A DNA stretch of 64,000 bases from Novosphingobium sp. (GTDB lineage: Bacteria > Pseudomonadota > Alphaproteobacteria > Sphingomonadales > Sphingomonadaceae), in contig JANMCG010000007.1 in NCBI GenBank assembly GCA_031361075.1, forward strand, positions 252 to 64,251, in the 5' to 3' direction. A program made the position numbers and the translations under genes. The notes beneath the pieces were generated by a model. The model had not been told where the DNA came from and searched no databases. It was given only the letters and a program-made list of their open reading frames with translations. Shown here piece after piece: positions 1-10,957 of the stretch. Positions within the stretch are counted from its first letter, which is position 1. Each line of letters opens with the position of its first letter.

Positions 1-469
1 CGGCTGCGCCGCCGCCAAACCGGTGCAATTGCAGCTCGCCGCCGCTAAAACCCGCAGGCTCGCGATGAAAATAGTAGACTGCTGACAAGACGCGGTCCGA
101 TTGCCCGTCTGCGCGAGCCTCGTGCGTGAAAGTGTCATAGTGGACCTTGTAAAATCCGCCGTCGCCATGCGCGGCCAGCTCCAGTTCGGTCGCAGCCACG
201 TGAAACGGCGCGATTCCGGCGGCTGCGCAGAGCTGCGGCAACCGGGATTGGACTGCGGCGGTGAAGTCCGCCTCGTAAGGGCCCAACTTATCCGCACAGC
301 GCAGCGATTGTCTGACGCTGTGATCAATTATTTTGACGTCGGCTTTGCGCACGCTGGTCGGCGTGAACCGGTCTTGACTGGCCAGAGCAAAAGCCAGCAG
401 GTTGGCATGCACCGTCTCGGGCAAAAAGCTGTCGATCAAAGCGTATTTGGGGGCGGGGCTCGGCGTCAT
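1..469 (-). CDS. 2OG-Fe(II) oxygenase family protein (runs off window edge)
   Basis: Manual translation from ATG at 469: MTPSPAPKYALIDSFL...ELAAHGDGGFYKVHYDT...DRVLSAVYYFHREPAGFSGGEL, with HxD iron motif and GGEL motif. Not in the ORF track. Confidence 0.8.
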   Translation of the reverse strand, partial: MTPSPAPKYALIDSFLPETVHANLLAFALASQDRFTPTSVRKADVKIIDHSVRQSLRCADKLGPYEADFTAAVQSRLPQLCAAAGIAPFHVAATELELAAHGDGGFYKVHYDTFTHEARADGQSDRVLSAVYYFHREPAGFSGGELQLHRFGGGAA

Positions 470-529
470 TGCCCTCTGCTTACCAGCGCGGATGTAGGTG
501 GCAAGCAGAGGCGGCAGTCCAATTTGCGC

Positions 530-925
530 TCAGGCCTCGTCAAGCAGCAACAGTTGCACCTCAACTTCCAGACGGGGCTGTGGCAGTGTGGAATGATCGG
601 CCCGCACCACCGCCGCGTCTGCGACGAGTTGGCGCGGGATGGCAAATTCGTGTTCGGGCAGCGCTGCAATGAACAGCTCGCCAGCAGCGACAGCAGCATC
701 GCCGGCAAACACCAGCACGACGGTGTGACGGGTGCCAGTAAAAGTTACGCTGGCCCAATTGGTTTCGGCGTGGCGAAGCAGTTCGCCCCGCCCTCCGGCC
801 AGATCGAGTAGTGCGGCCAGCAGCGGCATCCAGGGGGTGCGGCCGGTCCGGCCAGTCCGGCCAGCGGGGCGGTGAGCAGCGGACAGCATCGCTGCGGTGG
901 CGGTTAGATCAATTTGCACGGGCAT
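530..925 (-). CDS. conserved hypothetical protein
   Basis: 131-aa ORF overlapping the upstream small gene; RBS GAGG before ATG. Confidence 0.65.
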   Translation of the reverse strand: MPVQIDLTATAAMLSAAHRPAGRTGRTGRTPWMPLLAALLDLAGGRGELLRHAETNWASVTFTGTRHTVVLVFAGDAAVAAGELFIAALPEHEFAIPRQLVADAAVVRADHSTLPQPRLEVEVQLLLLDEA

Positions 926-1097
926 CCTCGCGGTAAATGTTCATGAAATGTTCCACACGGTTCGTGGTTGCAACACGAGGTGAGCGACCGTTGCGCAGGT
1001 CTTCGACGAAGCGCGGATCGCGGCAAGCCAGTCGCCCGAACTTGGTCCAGGGCATTCCGGTTTCGCGCAAGAAGCGTTCGATCCGGTAAAGCAGCAT
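909..1097 (-). CDS. small Cro-like HTH protein
   Basis: 62 aa IERFLRETGMPWTKFGRLACRDPRFVEDLRNGRSPR; purine-rich RBS; divergent from an S24 repressor. Confidence 0.7.
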   Translation of the reverse strand: MLLYRIERFLRETGMPWTKFGRLACRDPRFVEDLRNGRSPRVATTNRVEHFMNIYREDARAN

Positions 1098-1197
1098 TTC
1101 GTCCCCCTTTCTCTAGGCGACTCGCCTTAGGAATAATCCTGTTCTTTCCTGCCAAATCCTACTTGTCTAGGAAAATTACATCGAGTAAGCGTTTTTC

Positions 1198-1848
1198 ATG
1201 GTTACCACCGATCCGCGCGCGCAACTGTTGCTGCTGGCCAGTAAACATGGCGCCAGTTTGTCCGGTCTGTCCGAATTGATTGGGCGCAATGGCACGTATT
1301 TGCAGCAGTTTGTGCGTAAAGGCAGTCCGCGCAAGCTTGAGGAGAACGACCGGCGCACACTTGCTCGGTTTTTCGGCGTGGACGAATCGCTGCTTCGCGC
1401 CGCTGAGGAAAATTCCCCTGACATGGCTGCAAACACGATGCGCAGCGATTGGATTGATGTGCCCCGATTGGCGCTCGGTGCTTCGGCTGGGCCAGGCTTG
1501 CTTGCGGATGAGGAGTTGCCGGTTGGCGTGTTCCGGTTTGGCGCACGCTGGCTGCGCGAACAGGGGCTTAATCCCGCGCAGCTGTCCGCAATCCGGGTCG
1601 AGGGCGATTCGATGGAGCAGACGCTGCGCGATGGCGATGAAATTTTGGTCGATCGAACGCCTCGGCCACTGCGTGACGGGATTCACGTGGTCCGGGCCGG
1701 CGATGCGCTGCTAGTCAAGCGGCTCGATACCGGTAGGCCGGGAGTGATCGCTTTGGTCAGCGATAATGCGGCGTATCGCACGCTTGAGCTTGCGCCGGGC
1801 GAGCTTGAGGTGATCGGCCGGGTGGTGTGGAAGAGCGGGCGGCTATGA
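1198..1848 (+). CDS. HTH + peptidase S24 (LexA/CI-like) regulator
   Basis: N-terminal HTH, ASAGPG cleavage-site region, GDSME (Ser) and LVKRL (Lys) motifs. Confidence 0.85.
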   Translation: MVTTDPRAQLLLLASKHGASLSGLSELIGRNGTYLQQFVRKGSPRKLEENDRRTLARFFGVDESLLRAAEENSPDMAANTMRSDWIDVPRLALGASAGPGLLADEELPVGVFRFGARWLREQGLNPAQLSAIRVEGDSMEQTLRDGDEILVDRTPRPLRDGIHVVRAGDALLVKRLDTGRPGVIALVSDNAAYRTLELAPGELEVIGRVVWKSGRL

Positions 1849-1888
1849 TCAGGTTGCAAACCGGGCTGCGGCCCGCCATTTGTGCGGG

Positions 1889-2554
1889 ATGAACCAGCAA
1901 CCCGAACCTCCGATGCGCGTGGGCATTATCCCTGTGACCCCGCTGCAGCAGAACTGCTCGCTGATCTGGTGCACCAAAACGATGCGCGGCGCGGTGATCG
2001 ATGCGGGCGGCGAGCTCGACAAGATCAAGGCGGCGGTGGCCAAGATGGGGGTGACGCTGGAAAAGCTGCTGGTTACCCACGGTCACCTCGATCATTGCGG
2101 GCAAGCGGGAATGCTGGCCAAGGAGCTCGGCTTGCCGATCGAGGGCCCACACGAGGACGACCGCTTCTGGATCGACAAGCTGGCAGAAGACGGCGGCAAA
2201 TACGGGATGCACGCCGAAAGCTTTGAGCCCGACCGCTGGCTGGTGGACGGCGACAAGGTTACTGTGGGCGAACTGGAGCTCGATGTGATCCATTGTCCCG
2301 GGCACACCCCGGGGCACGTCGTGTTTTATCACGCGCCGTCGCATTTTGCGGTGGTCGGCGACGTGATCTTTGCAGGTTCGATCGGCCGCACCGATTTCCC
2401 GCGCGGGAATCACCAGGACCTGATCGACGCGATCACGCAGAAGCTGTGGCCGCTCGGTAACGACGTAACCTTCCTTCCCGGCCACGGGCCAACCAGCACA
2501 TTCGGCCGGGAAAGACAGGTCAATTCGTACGTCAGCGATTACGTGCTGAGCTAA
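1889..2554 (+). CDS. MBL-fold metallo-hydrolase (glyoxalase II-like)
   Basis: THGHLDH, PGHTPGH, GDVIF and PGHG motifs. Confidence 0.9.
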   Translation: MNQQPEPPMRVGIIPVTPLQQNCSLIWCTKTMRGAVIDAGGELDKIKAAVAKMGVTLEKLLVTHGHLDHCGQAGMLAKELGLPIEGPHEDDRFWIDKLAEDGGKYGMHAESFEPDRWLVDGDKVTVGELELDVIHCPGHTPGHVVFYHAPSHFAVVGDVIFAGSIGRTDFPRGNHQDLIDAITQKLWPLGNDVTFLPGHGPTSTFGRERQVNSYVSDYVLS

Positions 2555-2558
2555 CCGA

Positions 2559-2951
2559 TTACATCTGGCCAGTGGCGACCAGCAAGGCAGCGACGGCAAG
2601 GCCAAGCTGGGTCAGCATCGAGGTGACGGTGCCGATGCCGCGCCCCGCTTTGAACCCATTACCATCCATGCCAATCCCGTGCGCTACGCGGCCCAGCATA
2701 TAAATCCCGCCGACGATAGCCAGCCAGCTGGCGCCTTTACCGGCCAGTTCGAGCCCGGCGATCAAAAACAATACCCACGGCGTATTCTCAGCGAAATTAA
2801 GCTGGGCGCGCATCCGCCGCTCCATCAGATCGCTGCCGCCAGTGCCGATATTGATCTTTTCCCTGGTGCGGACCTGCCCGCAGCGGATCGCCAGCCATAA
2901 GTTGATGACTGCCGCCGCAGCAGCCATTGACAGTGTGGTGGGTAATAACAT
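2559..2951 (-). CDS. MAPEG family membrane protein
   Basis: RAQLNFAENTP and GRVAH motifs; four hydrophobic helices. Confidence 0.85.
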   Translation of the reverse strand: MLLPTTLSMAAAAAVINLWLAIRCGQVRTREKINIGTGGSDLMERRMRAQLNFAENTPWVLFLIAGLELAGKGASWLAIVGGIYMLGRVAHGIGMDGNGFKAGRGIGTVTSMLTQLGLAVAALLVATGQM

Positions 2952-3106
2952 TTTTCTCTCCCCGGTTTGTTGCCTCGATCCGGAGACAACGCCGCTTGCA
3001 TGCCGCGCTGAATTCGCTATAGGCCCGCCTTCGCGAAGCCGCTGGCCCCCGGGGTCTAGCCAGGCTTACTTAGACCGAATGATTATTTGCAGGAACAGGT
3101 GCCGCA

Positions 3107-3286
3107 ATGGCTGTCCCCAAAAGAAAAACATCGCCCTCACGCCGGGGCATGCGCCGCAGCCACGATGCGCTGAAGGTTGAAGCATTCCACGAATGCTCTA
3201 ATTGTGGCGAACTCAAGCGTCCGCACAATCTGTGCCCGGCGTGCGGTCACTACAACGGGCGCGAAATCATCGCGGTCGGGCTGTAA
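3107..3286 (+). CDS. rpmF: 50S ribosomal protein L32
   Basis: Manual translation [22 protein letters not shown]...[24 protein letters not shown] (59 aa), directly upstream of plsX. Confidence 0.97.
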   Translation: MAVPKRKTSPSRRGMRRSHDALKVEAFHECSNCGELKRPHNLCPACGHYNGREIIAVGL

Positions 3287-3313
3287 GCTCGTACTTCAAG
3301 GAGTTAGTCGCAC

Positions 3314-4369
3314 ATGAGCCTGCCGCGTATCGCCGTTGATGCGATGGGCGGCGATGAGGGCGTGCGCGTGATGATCGAAGGCGCGGCGCTGGCCCGGCGT
3401 CGCCACGATCGCTTCAAATTCCTGCTGGTCGGTGATGAAGCGCGGATCAAAGCGGCACTTGATAGCCATCCCAACCTGCGCTCGGCGTCAGAAATCCTGC
3501 ACGCTCCCGACATCGTGAACGGCGATGAAAAGCCAACTCAAGCGCTGCGCCGCGCCAAGACGACTTCGATGGGTCTGGCGATCAATGCGGTCAAAATGGG
3601 CGACGCGGGTGCTGCGGTCAGCGCAGGAAACACCGGCGCGCTAATGGCGATGGCCAAGCTGGCACTGCGTACGATGCCGGGAATTGACCGGCCGGCACTG
3701 TCGGCGCTGCTCCCGACGCTCGGCGATAACGACGTGGTGATGCTCGATCTGGGTGCAAACACCGAATGCGATGCGCGCAATCTTGTGCAATTTGCCGTGA
3801 TGGGGGCGGCTTATTCGCGGATTGCGACCGGGCGCGAAAGCCCGCGCGTGAGGCTGCTTAACATCGGAAGCGAAGAAACGAAGGGAACCGAGCATTTGCA
3901 AGCTGCGGCCGCCCAGCTGAAACTGGCTTCGGCCAGCCTAGCGATGACCTTCGATGGCTATGTCGAAGCCGACAAGCTGAACCGCGGCGATGTCGATGTG
4001 GTGGTATCTGACGGGTTCTCTGGCAATATCGCGTTAAAAGCAGTCGAAGGCACCGCCCGGTTCGTCACCGATTTGCTGCGCCGCAGTTTCGCCTCATCGC
4101 TGCGGTCCAAGTTCGGGTTCCTGATTTCCAAACCGGCGACTGCGCTGCTCAAGCATCACCTCGATCCCAACAACCACAACGGCGCGGTATTCCTCGGCCT
4201 CAACGGGGTGGTGGTCAAAAGCCACGGCTCGGCCAATGCAGTGGGCGTGGCCAATGCCGTGGCCGTTACCGCGCGGTTGCTCGAAGAGAATCTCACCGAA
4301 CGCATCGCGGCCGATCTGGCGCGGCTGGGCGCGGGCAGTCTGCGCATGGCGCCCAAGGCGGCCAAGTGA
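3314..4369 (+). CDS. plsX: phosphate acyltransferase PlsX
   Basis: [21 protein letters not shown] and KSHG motifs; rpmF-plsX-fabH synteny. Confidence 0.97.
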   Translation: MSLPRIAVDAMGGDEGVRVMIEGAALARRRHDRFKFLLVGDEARIKAALDSHPNLRSASEILHAPDIVNGDEKPTQALRRAKTTSMGLAINAVKMGDAGAAVSAGNTGALMAMAKLALRTMPGIDRPALSALLPTLGDNDVVMLDLGANTECDARNLVQFAVMGAAYSRIATGRESPRVRLLNIGSEETKGTEHLQAAAAQLKLASASLAMTFDGYVEADKLNRGDVDVVVSDGFSGNIALKAVEGTARFVTDLLRRSFASSLRSKFGFLISKPATALLKHHLDPNNHNGAVFLGLNGVVVKSHGSANAVGVANAVAVTARLLEENLTERIAADLARLGAGSLRMAPKAAK

Positions 4370-5334
4370 CCTTGCGAGCAGTTCTGACCGGGACCGGCTC
4401 GGCTTTGCCAAGGCGCGCGGTCAGCAATGCAGAACTGGCGCAGACTGTCGACACCAGCGACGAATGGATCGTCGAGCGCACTGGAATCCGTAACCGCTAC
4501 ATCGCGGGTGAAGGCGAAACCACTTCGACCCTGGCGACTGAGGCCGCGCGCCGTGCGTTGACCGCAGCCGGGCTTACGCCAGCCGATATCGGGCTGATTG
4601 TGGTGGCCACCGCTACCCCCGACCAAACTTTTCCTGCCACCGCAACCCAAGTCCAGCACGCTTTGGGCTGCAACGGCGGGGTCGCGTTCGATGTCGCGGC
4701 GGTCTGCTCGGGCTTTCTGTATGCGCTGGGGGTAGCCGATTCGCTGCTGCGCACAGGTATGGCGCAGCGGGCCTTGGTGATCGGTGCCGAAACCTTCAGC
4801 CGGATCCTCGATTGGGAAGATCGCACGACTTGCGTGTTGTTTGGTGACGGTGCGGGCGCGGTTGTGCTCGAAGCGCGTGATGTGGCAGATGATGGGCCCG
4901 GCGTGCTCGCCACCCGCCTCCATGCCGATGGCGCACACAACAGCTTGCTCTATGTTGATGGCGGCCCATCCACCACAGGCACCGTCGGTCATGTCCGCAT
5001 GAAAGGCCCCGAAGTGTTTCGGCACGCAGTGGTCAATCTTGCGCAAGTGCTGCGCGATGTGTTGACCGATCAGGGCCTGACCCCGACCGATCTCGATTGG
5101 GTGGTGCCGCATCAGGCAAATCGCCGGATTCTCGACGCCACCGCCCGCAAATTGGGACTGCCGCCTGAGAAGGTGATCGTCACTGTCGATCGTCATGCCA
5201 ACACATCGGCAGCTTCGGTGCCTTTGGCGCTGGACGCGGCGGTGCTCGATGGGCGGATCAAGTCTGGAGATTTGGTCATGCTTGAGGCAATGGGTGGGGG
5301 CTTCACTTGGGGTGCCAGCCTTGTGCGGATGTAA
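4366..5334 (+). CDS. fabH: beta-ketoacyl-ACP synthase III
   Basis: AVCSGF, PHQAN and ANTSAAS catalytic motifs. Confidence 0.97.
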   Translation: MTLRAVLTGTGSALPRRAVSNAELAQTVDTSDEWIVERTGIRNRYIAGEGETTSTLATEAARRALTAAGLTPADIGLIVVATATPDQTFPATATQVQHALGCNGGVAFDVAAVCSGFLYALGVADSLLRTGMAQRALVIGAETFSRILDWEDRTTCVLFGDGAGAVVLEARDVADDGPGVLATRLHADGAHNSLLYVDGGPSTTGTVGHVRMKGPEVFRHAVVNLAQVLRDVLTDQGLTPTDLDWVVPHQANRRILDATARKLGLPPEKVIVTVDRHANTSAASVPLALDAAVLDGRIKSGDLVMLEAMGGGFTWGASLVRM

Positions 5335-5441
5335 CCAACGGTTTGGTCCGGCAAAAGTTGCGTCAGCCGCGTTGCAATCGATTCATAATTGCTTATTGTT
5401 CAGCCCAAGGTTGCAATACCAGCTTGAACGGAAGGGGATCG

Positions 5442-5738
5442 ATGCGCTCCATGACTACTTTGACCCGGGCCGATCTGGCCGAAACGCTTAACCGCAAGCT
5501 GGGGCTGTCGCGCTCGGATTCGTTGGGTATGGTCGAATCGATCCTTGATCACATGACCGTTGCGCTCGAACAGGGCGAAAACGTCAAGATTTCGGGCTTT
5601 GGGACGTTCCTGCTGCGCGACAAGGGCCAGCGGGTCGGACGTAATCCCAAGACGGGCATCGAAGTGCCAATCACGCCGCGGCGGGTGCTGACTTTCCGCG
5701 CCAGCCAGATGCTTAAAGAACGGATCGCGCGCGGATGA
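5442..5738 (+). CDS. ihfA: integration host factor alpha
   Basis: TLTRADL...VKISGFGTF...GRNPKTG; conserved position after fabH. Confidence 0.95.
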   Translation: MRSMTTLTRADLAETLNRKLGLSRSDSLGMVESILDHMTVALEQGENVKISGFGTFLLRDKGQRVGRNPKTGIEVPITPRRVLTFRASQMLKERIARG

Positions 5739-6169
5739 ACGACGCTTTGCCTGCGGGGTTTGCTGACGGCAAAGATCCGGAGGCGCTGCGCACCATCGGC
5801 GAAGTCGCCAAAGCTCTCGGTATTCGCCAGCATGTGCTGCGGTATTGGGAAGAGCAGTTTCCCATGCTCAGTCCGCTTAAACGCGGTGGCGGCCGCCGCT
5901 ATTACCGCGCTGAAGATATCCGCACCGTCGAAGCGATTGACCGGCTGGTGCATCGTGAAGGCTATACCCTGAAGGGTGCGAAGATGGCTCTGCAGGGCGG
6001 TGGCGCCAAGGCTATAGCCGCCGAAATTGCCCCTGTGACGAACGCCGCAGCGCCTGGAATTGGTGCGGCAGCACCGGGACCGGGCGGCCCGGTCAATACA
6101 AATTTTGCTTACCGGGCGCGATTGATTGCTTTGCGCACAACGCTGGTAAACGCGCTTCACGAAGCCTAG
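5735..6169 (+). CDS. MerR family transcriptional regulator
   Basis: RTIGEVA...HVLRYWE...GGRRYYR; usual neighbour of ihfA. Confidence 0.9.
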   Translation: MNDALPAGFADGKDPEALRTIGEVAKALGIRQHVLRYWEEQFPMLSPLKRGGGRRYYRAEDIRTVEAIDRLVHREGYTLKGAKMALQGGGAKAIAAEIAPVTNAAAPGIGAAAPGPGGPVNTNFAYRARLIALRTTLVNALHEA

Positions 6170-6199
6170 ATCGGATCCTCACCACGCTGAGGTAGTTCG

Positions 6200-7633
6200 A
6201 TGCAACATACTTACGACGCCGACCTTGCGCTGTTTATCAACGGCAGCTGGCGGATCGGCGAAGGCCGTGACTTGTTTCCAGTGGTCGATCCGGCCAGCGG
6301 GCAGGAAATCGGCGAAGTACCGATGGCCAGCGCGGCCGATCTCGACGAAGCGCTTGATGCGGCCGATAAAGGCTTCAAGCTGTGGCGAGCAACCCCAGCC
6401 GAACAGCGCGGCGCGGTGCTCAAAAAGGCTGCGGCTTTGCTGCGCGACCGGGTGGAAGCAATCGCCACGTTACTGACGCTGGAGCAGGGCAAACCGCTCG
6501 CCGAGGCGCGCGCCGAAGTGCTCAGCAGCGCGCAGTATTTTGAATGGTGCGGCGAGGAAGCGACGCGGATCTATGGGCGCACGCTGGTCCGACCGACCGG
6601 GCAGCGCGCGCTGGTTACCCGCCAGCCAATCGGCCCGGTCGCAGCGTTCAGCCCGTGGAATTTTCCGGTCTACCTCATGGCCAAGAAACTGGGCCAAGCG
6701 CTTGCGGTGGGTTGTTCGGTCGTGGCGAAACCACCTGAAGAAACCCCCGCCAGTACCGGCGCGCTTGTGCGCTGTCTGGTCGATGCCGGGTTGCCAGCCG
6801 GGGTGGTGCAACTGGTGCATGGTGTGCCTGACACGGTCAGCCGTCATTTGCTCGCCTCGCCGGTGATCCGCAAAGTCAGCTTCACCGGCTCGGTTCCGGT
6901 TGGCCGGCGCTTGATGCGGCTTGCTGCCGACGGGCTCAAACGGGTGACGATGGAATTGGGCGGGCATGCCCCGGTGCTGGTGTTTGCCGACTGCGATCTC
7001 GACAAAACGCTTGATCTGGTGGTTCCGCAGAAATTCCGCAACGCGGGCCAAGTCTGCGTTTCGCCCACGCGATTTTACGTTCAGGAGCCGATTTACGACC
7101 GCTTTGTTGCGGGGTTTGCCGAACGCGCCAAGACCGTCACAACCGGGCACGGGCTGTCGGCCGATACCCGCATGGGTCCGCTCGCCAACGCGCGGCGTCC
7201 GGCTGCGATTGCGGCGCTGGTTGACGACGCCGCCGCCAAGGGCGCGCGCGTTTTGGCAGGCGGCCATCGCGGCGCCGACGGGTTCTTCTTCCAGCCGACG
7301 CTGTTGGCCGATGTACCCGACAGCGCCGAAATCATGTCGAACGAACCGTTCGGGCCGGTCGCGGTCGCGGCACCGTTCAGCACGCTCGACGATGCGGTGG
7401 CAAAGGCCAATCGGTTGCCGTTCGGTTTGGCGGCCTTCGCGTTTACCGAGGGCTTGCGCACCGCTAACCTGCTTGGCGATGCGATCGAGGCGGGGATGGT
7501 CGGCATCAACACCTTCGCGATCAGCACCGCCGACGCGCCGTTTGGCGGAGTCAAGGATTCGGGCTTTGGCAGCGAAGGCGGAACCGAAGGAATGGACGGC
7601 TATCTTGTGACCAAAGCCATCCACATGGCCTAG
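6200..7633 (+). CDS. NAD-dependent aldehyde dehydrogenase (succinate-semialdehyde dehydrogenase-like)
   Basis: PWNFP, FTGS, MELGGHAP, NAGQVC, EPFGP and PFGGVK motifs. Confidence 0.92.
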   Translation: MQHTYDADLALFINGSWRIGEGRDLFPVVDPASGQEIGEVPMASAADLDEALDAADKGFKLWRATPAEQRGAVLKKAAALLRDRVEAIATLLTLEQGKPLAEARAEVLSSAQYFEWCGEEATRIYGRTLVRPTGQRALVTRQPIGPVAAFSPWNFPVYLMAKKLGQALAVGCSVVAKPPEETPASTGALVRCLVDAGLPAGVVQLVHGVPDTVSRHLLASPVIRKVSFTGSVPVGRRLMRLAADGLKRVTMELGGHAPVLVFADCDLDKTLDLVVPQKFRNAGQVCVSPTRFYVQEPIYDRFVAGFAERAKTVTTGHGLSADTRMGPLANARRPAAIAALVDDAAAKGARVLAGGHRGADGFFFQPTLLADVPDSAEIMSNEPFGPVAVAAPFSTLDDAVAKANRLPFGLAAFAFTEGLRTANLLGDAIEAGMVGINTFAISTADAPFGGVKDSGFGSEGGTEGMDGYLVTKAIHMA

Positions 7634-8172
7634 GGTTGGACCGGGCCTAGCGCCGGATCGAGATCGCGCGGGCGCATCAGGTGGACAAGCCTGGCGCAGC
7701 GATCCCTAAGTTCGTTCCAATGCGCGATGTCCAGTTCGAGCACTGCAAAAGTGGCAGTGGGAAATTTTATTTCGACACTGTCGCGCAGCGCACTTGTGCC
7801 ATCATCGGGGACCAGATCGAAGATCAGGTCTTCCAATCCAGGATTGTGCCCAACCATCAGCACCGCGCTGAGGCCATCATCAGTCTCGCGCAGCAGGTCG
7901 ATCAGGGTGACGCTGCTGGCCAGATAAATTCGCCGGTCCCATTGCACTGCGACTGGCTGCCCCGCGGCCTGACAGGCAAGCTCGATCGTTTCGGCGCAGC
8001 GGATTGCCGGTGAGGCAATCATCCGGTCCCAGTGCTGGCCGTGATCGAGCACGTGGCGGCCCATCAGTGCCGCGCCCTTGCGACCGCGCCCATTCAGCGG
8101 CCGGTCGAAATCGCGCGCGCGCGGATCCTGCCAGTCGGACTTGGCGTGACGGAACAGTCCTAAGGTCTTCAA
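7630..8172 (-). CDS. SixA-like histidine phosphatase
   Basis: RHAKS and VGHNPG motifs. Confidence 0.9.
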   Translation of the reverse strand: MKTLGLFRHAKSDWQDPRARDFDRPLNGRGRKGAALMGRHVLDHGQHWDRMIASPAIRCAETIELACQAAGQPVAVQWDRRIYLASSVTLIDLLRETDDGLSAVLMVGHNPGLEDLIFDLVPDDGTSALRDSVEIKFPTATFAVLELDIAHWNELRDRCARLVHLMRPRDLDPALGPVQP

Positions 8173-10880
8173 GCGGGAGTCTCGCGCTGGACGGGCGCAT
8201 GTGAAACACCGGCAGCGACGCGTTGTAAAGCTTCGTCAAGCGTCACCCGCGAAATCCGCGTGCCCGGCGGGAAGGCCGAAAGCAACCGGCTGGGGAATGC
8301 GGAAGAAAGCACCACGAAGAACCCGTGATCGGCGCGGGTGCGGATCAGCCGCCCGAACGCTTGCGCCAGCCGCGCCCGGATAATCCGGTCGTCATGCGCG
8401 CTGCCGCCGCCCGCTAAGCGCCGCGCGCGGTGCAGTATCGATGGTTTGGGCCACGGCACCTGCTCCATCACCACCAGCCGCAGCGAATCGCCCGGCACAT
8501 CGACCCCGTCGCGCAAAGCGTCGGTGCCGAGCAACGACGCGCGCGGATCGTCGCGGAAAATGTCCACCAAAGTTCCGGTATCGATCGGATCGACGTGCTG
8601 CGCGTAAAGCGGCAAACCGGCGCGCGCCAGCCGGTCGGCAATCCTGCCATGCACTGCACGCAGCCGGCGGATCGCGGTGAACAGTCCCAGCGCGCCGCCG
8701 CCAGCTGCCTCGATCAGCCGAGCATAGGCTCCGGCCAGCCCGGCCATGTCGCCTTTGGCCACATCGGTAACGATTAACACTTCGGCCTGCGCGGCGTAAT
8801 CAAACGGGCTGTCAAAGCTCGATAAGCGCGGGGCAAGGCCAAGCACCGGGGCGCCGCTGCGCACCACCGCACTGTCCCAGTCAGCCCCGTCTTTAAGCGT
8901 CGCCGAGGTCAGCAATACCCCATGCGCGCCTTGCAACACGACCTTGGCAAACGGCTTCATCGGATCAAGCCAGCGGCGATGCAGCCCGACATCGTATTCG
9001 CGCGCCTCGGCCCGGTCGACCGCGAGCCAATCAACGAATTCGGGATCGGCCGGGCCGCCAAGCCGATCAAGCATCGCTTCCCACGCGGCCAGCAGATCGA
9101 TCCTCCAGCCAAGCGAGTGGCGCGCGCCTTCGATCCGTGCGCGGCCCGTTCCGTCTAGCCAGTCGGGTGGTTCGGCCAGGATTGATTCGAGCCGCACGCC
9201 CAACCGGATCAGCGGGCCGCGCAGTTCGGCCAGCGCGGCTTGCGCCGCCCCCGCCAATTCGACGATCGGTCCGTCGAACTGAGCCGCCTCTGTTTCCAGT
9301 CCGTAGCCGCCATCCTGCCCGCCGCTTTCATCGCGCGCATAAGTGAGCGCGCGAACCGCTGCAAACAGCTCTTCAAGCGGGCCGAACGGCGTGGTTTCGT
9401 GCAGCCGTTGCAGCCAACCATCGCCGGGCAGCGCCTCGGCGGCATGGCGCGCCGCGGCGATTGCCTTGCCGCCGGCTTCGTCATAGCTGGCCAGATCGGC
9501 GAGGCGCGCAGCCAGGCCCCGGCGCCGACCTTTGGAACCGCGTTCGGGTCCGACCACCCAGCGGCGCAGCTCAATCGTCTCAGTGCCGGTCAGCGCGGCG
9601 GCAAAGGTCGAATCCGCTGATTCGAAGACATGATGGCCTTCATCGAACACAATCCGCCCCGGACGCTGGGCGGTGTCACGGCCCCGTGCGGCGTTGACCA
9701 TCACCAGCGCGTGATTGGCGATGACCAGATCGGCTTGCGCGCTGGCCCGGCTGGCGCGTTCGATAAAGCATTTGCGGTAATGCGGGCACCCGGCATAGAC
9801 GCATTCGCCGCGCCGGTCGGTCAAGGCGGCGACCCCGCGTTGGCGGAACAGCGTGGCGAGCCAGCCGGGCAGATCGCCGCCGATCATGTCGCCGTCCTGG
9901 CTGTAGGCGGCCCAGCGCGCGACCAGTTGCGCCATGATTGCGGCGCGACCCGTAAAGCCGCCCTGCAGCGCATCTTCGAGATTTAGCAGGCACAGGTAAT
10001 TCTCTCGGCCTTTGCGCACCACCACTGGCGCGCTGCCATCGGCGCGGTGCGCGGGCCAGGCGCGGCGGCTTTCCTGCCGCAATTGGCGCTGCAGCGCCTT
10101 GGTGTAAGTGGAAACCCAGACGGTGCCTTGCGCGGCTTGTGCCCATAGCGATGCTGGAGCGAGGTAGCCCAGCGTCTTGCCGATCCCGGTCCCTGCTTGG
10201 GCGAGCAGCAGATGTGGCTGGTCGCGTTCCAGCCGCGGCGCGAACACTTGCGCGGCTTCCTCAGCGTAAGCCACTTGTGCTGGGCGGCTTTCGGCGCTTT
10301 GCCCTGTCAACTCCGCCAGCCGCGCGGCCACTGCCGCAGGGGTTAGGGTGAGCTGCGCGGGCTGCGGACGCTCGGCGGTTTCCTCCCACTCGGGCAGCCG
10401 CGCAAACAGCCAGCGTTCCGCCGATGCCGGCCTGACGATCCGTGCGGTCAGCAGCGGGGCCCAGGTCCAGCGCAGTCGGATCAGCGTTTGCAGCGAAGTC
10501 CACGCGCCTTCGCGCGCGGTCCAATCGGGTGCGGCGCATTGGCTTAGCAGCGCTTCAGCGGCCTGCTGGAGCAGCAACGGCACGGCATCGTCGCTGCGCG
10601 GTTCGGCCAGGCCAACTGCGTGCGCCAGTCCTTTTGGGGTGGGCACGACGAACCGGGCGGGGTGGACGAAAGCGAACAGCTCTAGCAGGTCAAGCCCGGA
10701 TAAATCGGGGTAGCCTAACCGGGTCGCTATCAGCGGGGCGTTCAGCAGCAACAGCGGGGTATCGGCCGCCGCGACGATCGCGTCGCCCTTGTTAACTGTG
10801 CGCGTATCGCCGTTTCCGCCGCGTAACCAGCAGCCGCTGTGGCTGGCGTGCATTGCAGGAAGGGGAAGCGGCTCGTTCAC
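8169..10880 (-). CDS. DinG family ATP-dependent DNA helicase
   Basis: AGTGIGKT Walker A, KGRENYLC, DEGHH, TSATL, GVDVPG and QAFGRLIR motifs. Confidence 0.92.
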   Translation of the reverse strand: MNEPLPLPAMHASHSGCWLRGGNGDTRTVNKGDAIVAAADTPLLLLNAPLIATRLGYPDLSGLDLLELFAFVHPARFVVPTPKGLAHAVGLAEPRSDDAVPLLLQQAAEALLSQCAAPDWTAREGAWTSLQTLIRLRWTWAPLLTARIVRPASAERWLFARLPEWEETAERPQPAQLTLTPAAVAARLAELTGQSAESRPAQVAYAEEAAQVFAPRLERDQPHLLLAQAGTGIGKTLGYLAPASLWAQAAQGTVWVSTYTKALQRQLRQESRRAWPAHRADGSAPVVVRKGRENYLCLLNLEDALQGGFTGRAAIMAQLVARWAAYSQDGDMIGGDLPGWLATLFRQRGVAALTDRRGECVYAGCPHYRKCFIERASRASAQADLVIANHALVMVNAARGRDTAQRPGRIVFDEGHHVFESADSTFAAALTGTETIELRRWVVGPERGSKGRRRGLAARLADLASYDEAGGKAIAAARHAAEALPGDGWLQRLHETTPFGPLEELFAAVRALTYARDESGGQDGGYGLETEAAQFDGPIVELAGAAQAALAELRGPLIRLGVRLESILAEPPDWLDGTGRARIEGARHSLGWRIDLLAAWEAMLDRLGGPADPEFVDWLAVDRAEAREYDVGLHRRWLDPMKPFAKVVLQGAHGVLLTSATLKDGADWDSAVVRSGAPVLGLAPRLSSFDSPFDYAAQAEVLIVTDVAKGDMAGLAGAYARLIEAAGGGALGLFTAIRRLRAVHGRIADRLARAGLPLYAQHVDPIDTGTLVDIFRDDPRASLLGTDALRDGVDVPGDSLRLVVMEQVPWPKPSILHRARRLAGGGSAHDDRIIRARLAQAFGRLIRTRADHGFFVVLSSAFPSRLLSAFPPGTRISRVTLDEALQRVAAGVSHAPVQRETPA

Positions 10881-10957
10881 TGAACGGGCGATAGAACGGA
10901 ACTGGAACAGCTGGCAAGACTGGCTGCGGTAAGTTGCTGTTTACGACACGATTGGGT

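Noticed and set aside
101-811. 236-aa + strand ORF
   Set aside because: Overlaps two better-supported minus-strand genes
5442-5738. ihfA close to a Mu-like prophage as a functional link
   Set aside because: fabH-ihfA-merR is standard alphaproteobacterial synteny, 10 kb outside the att ends
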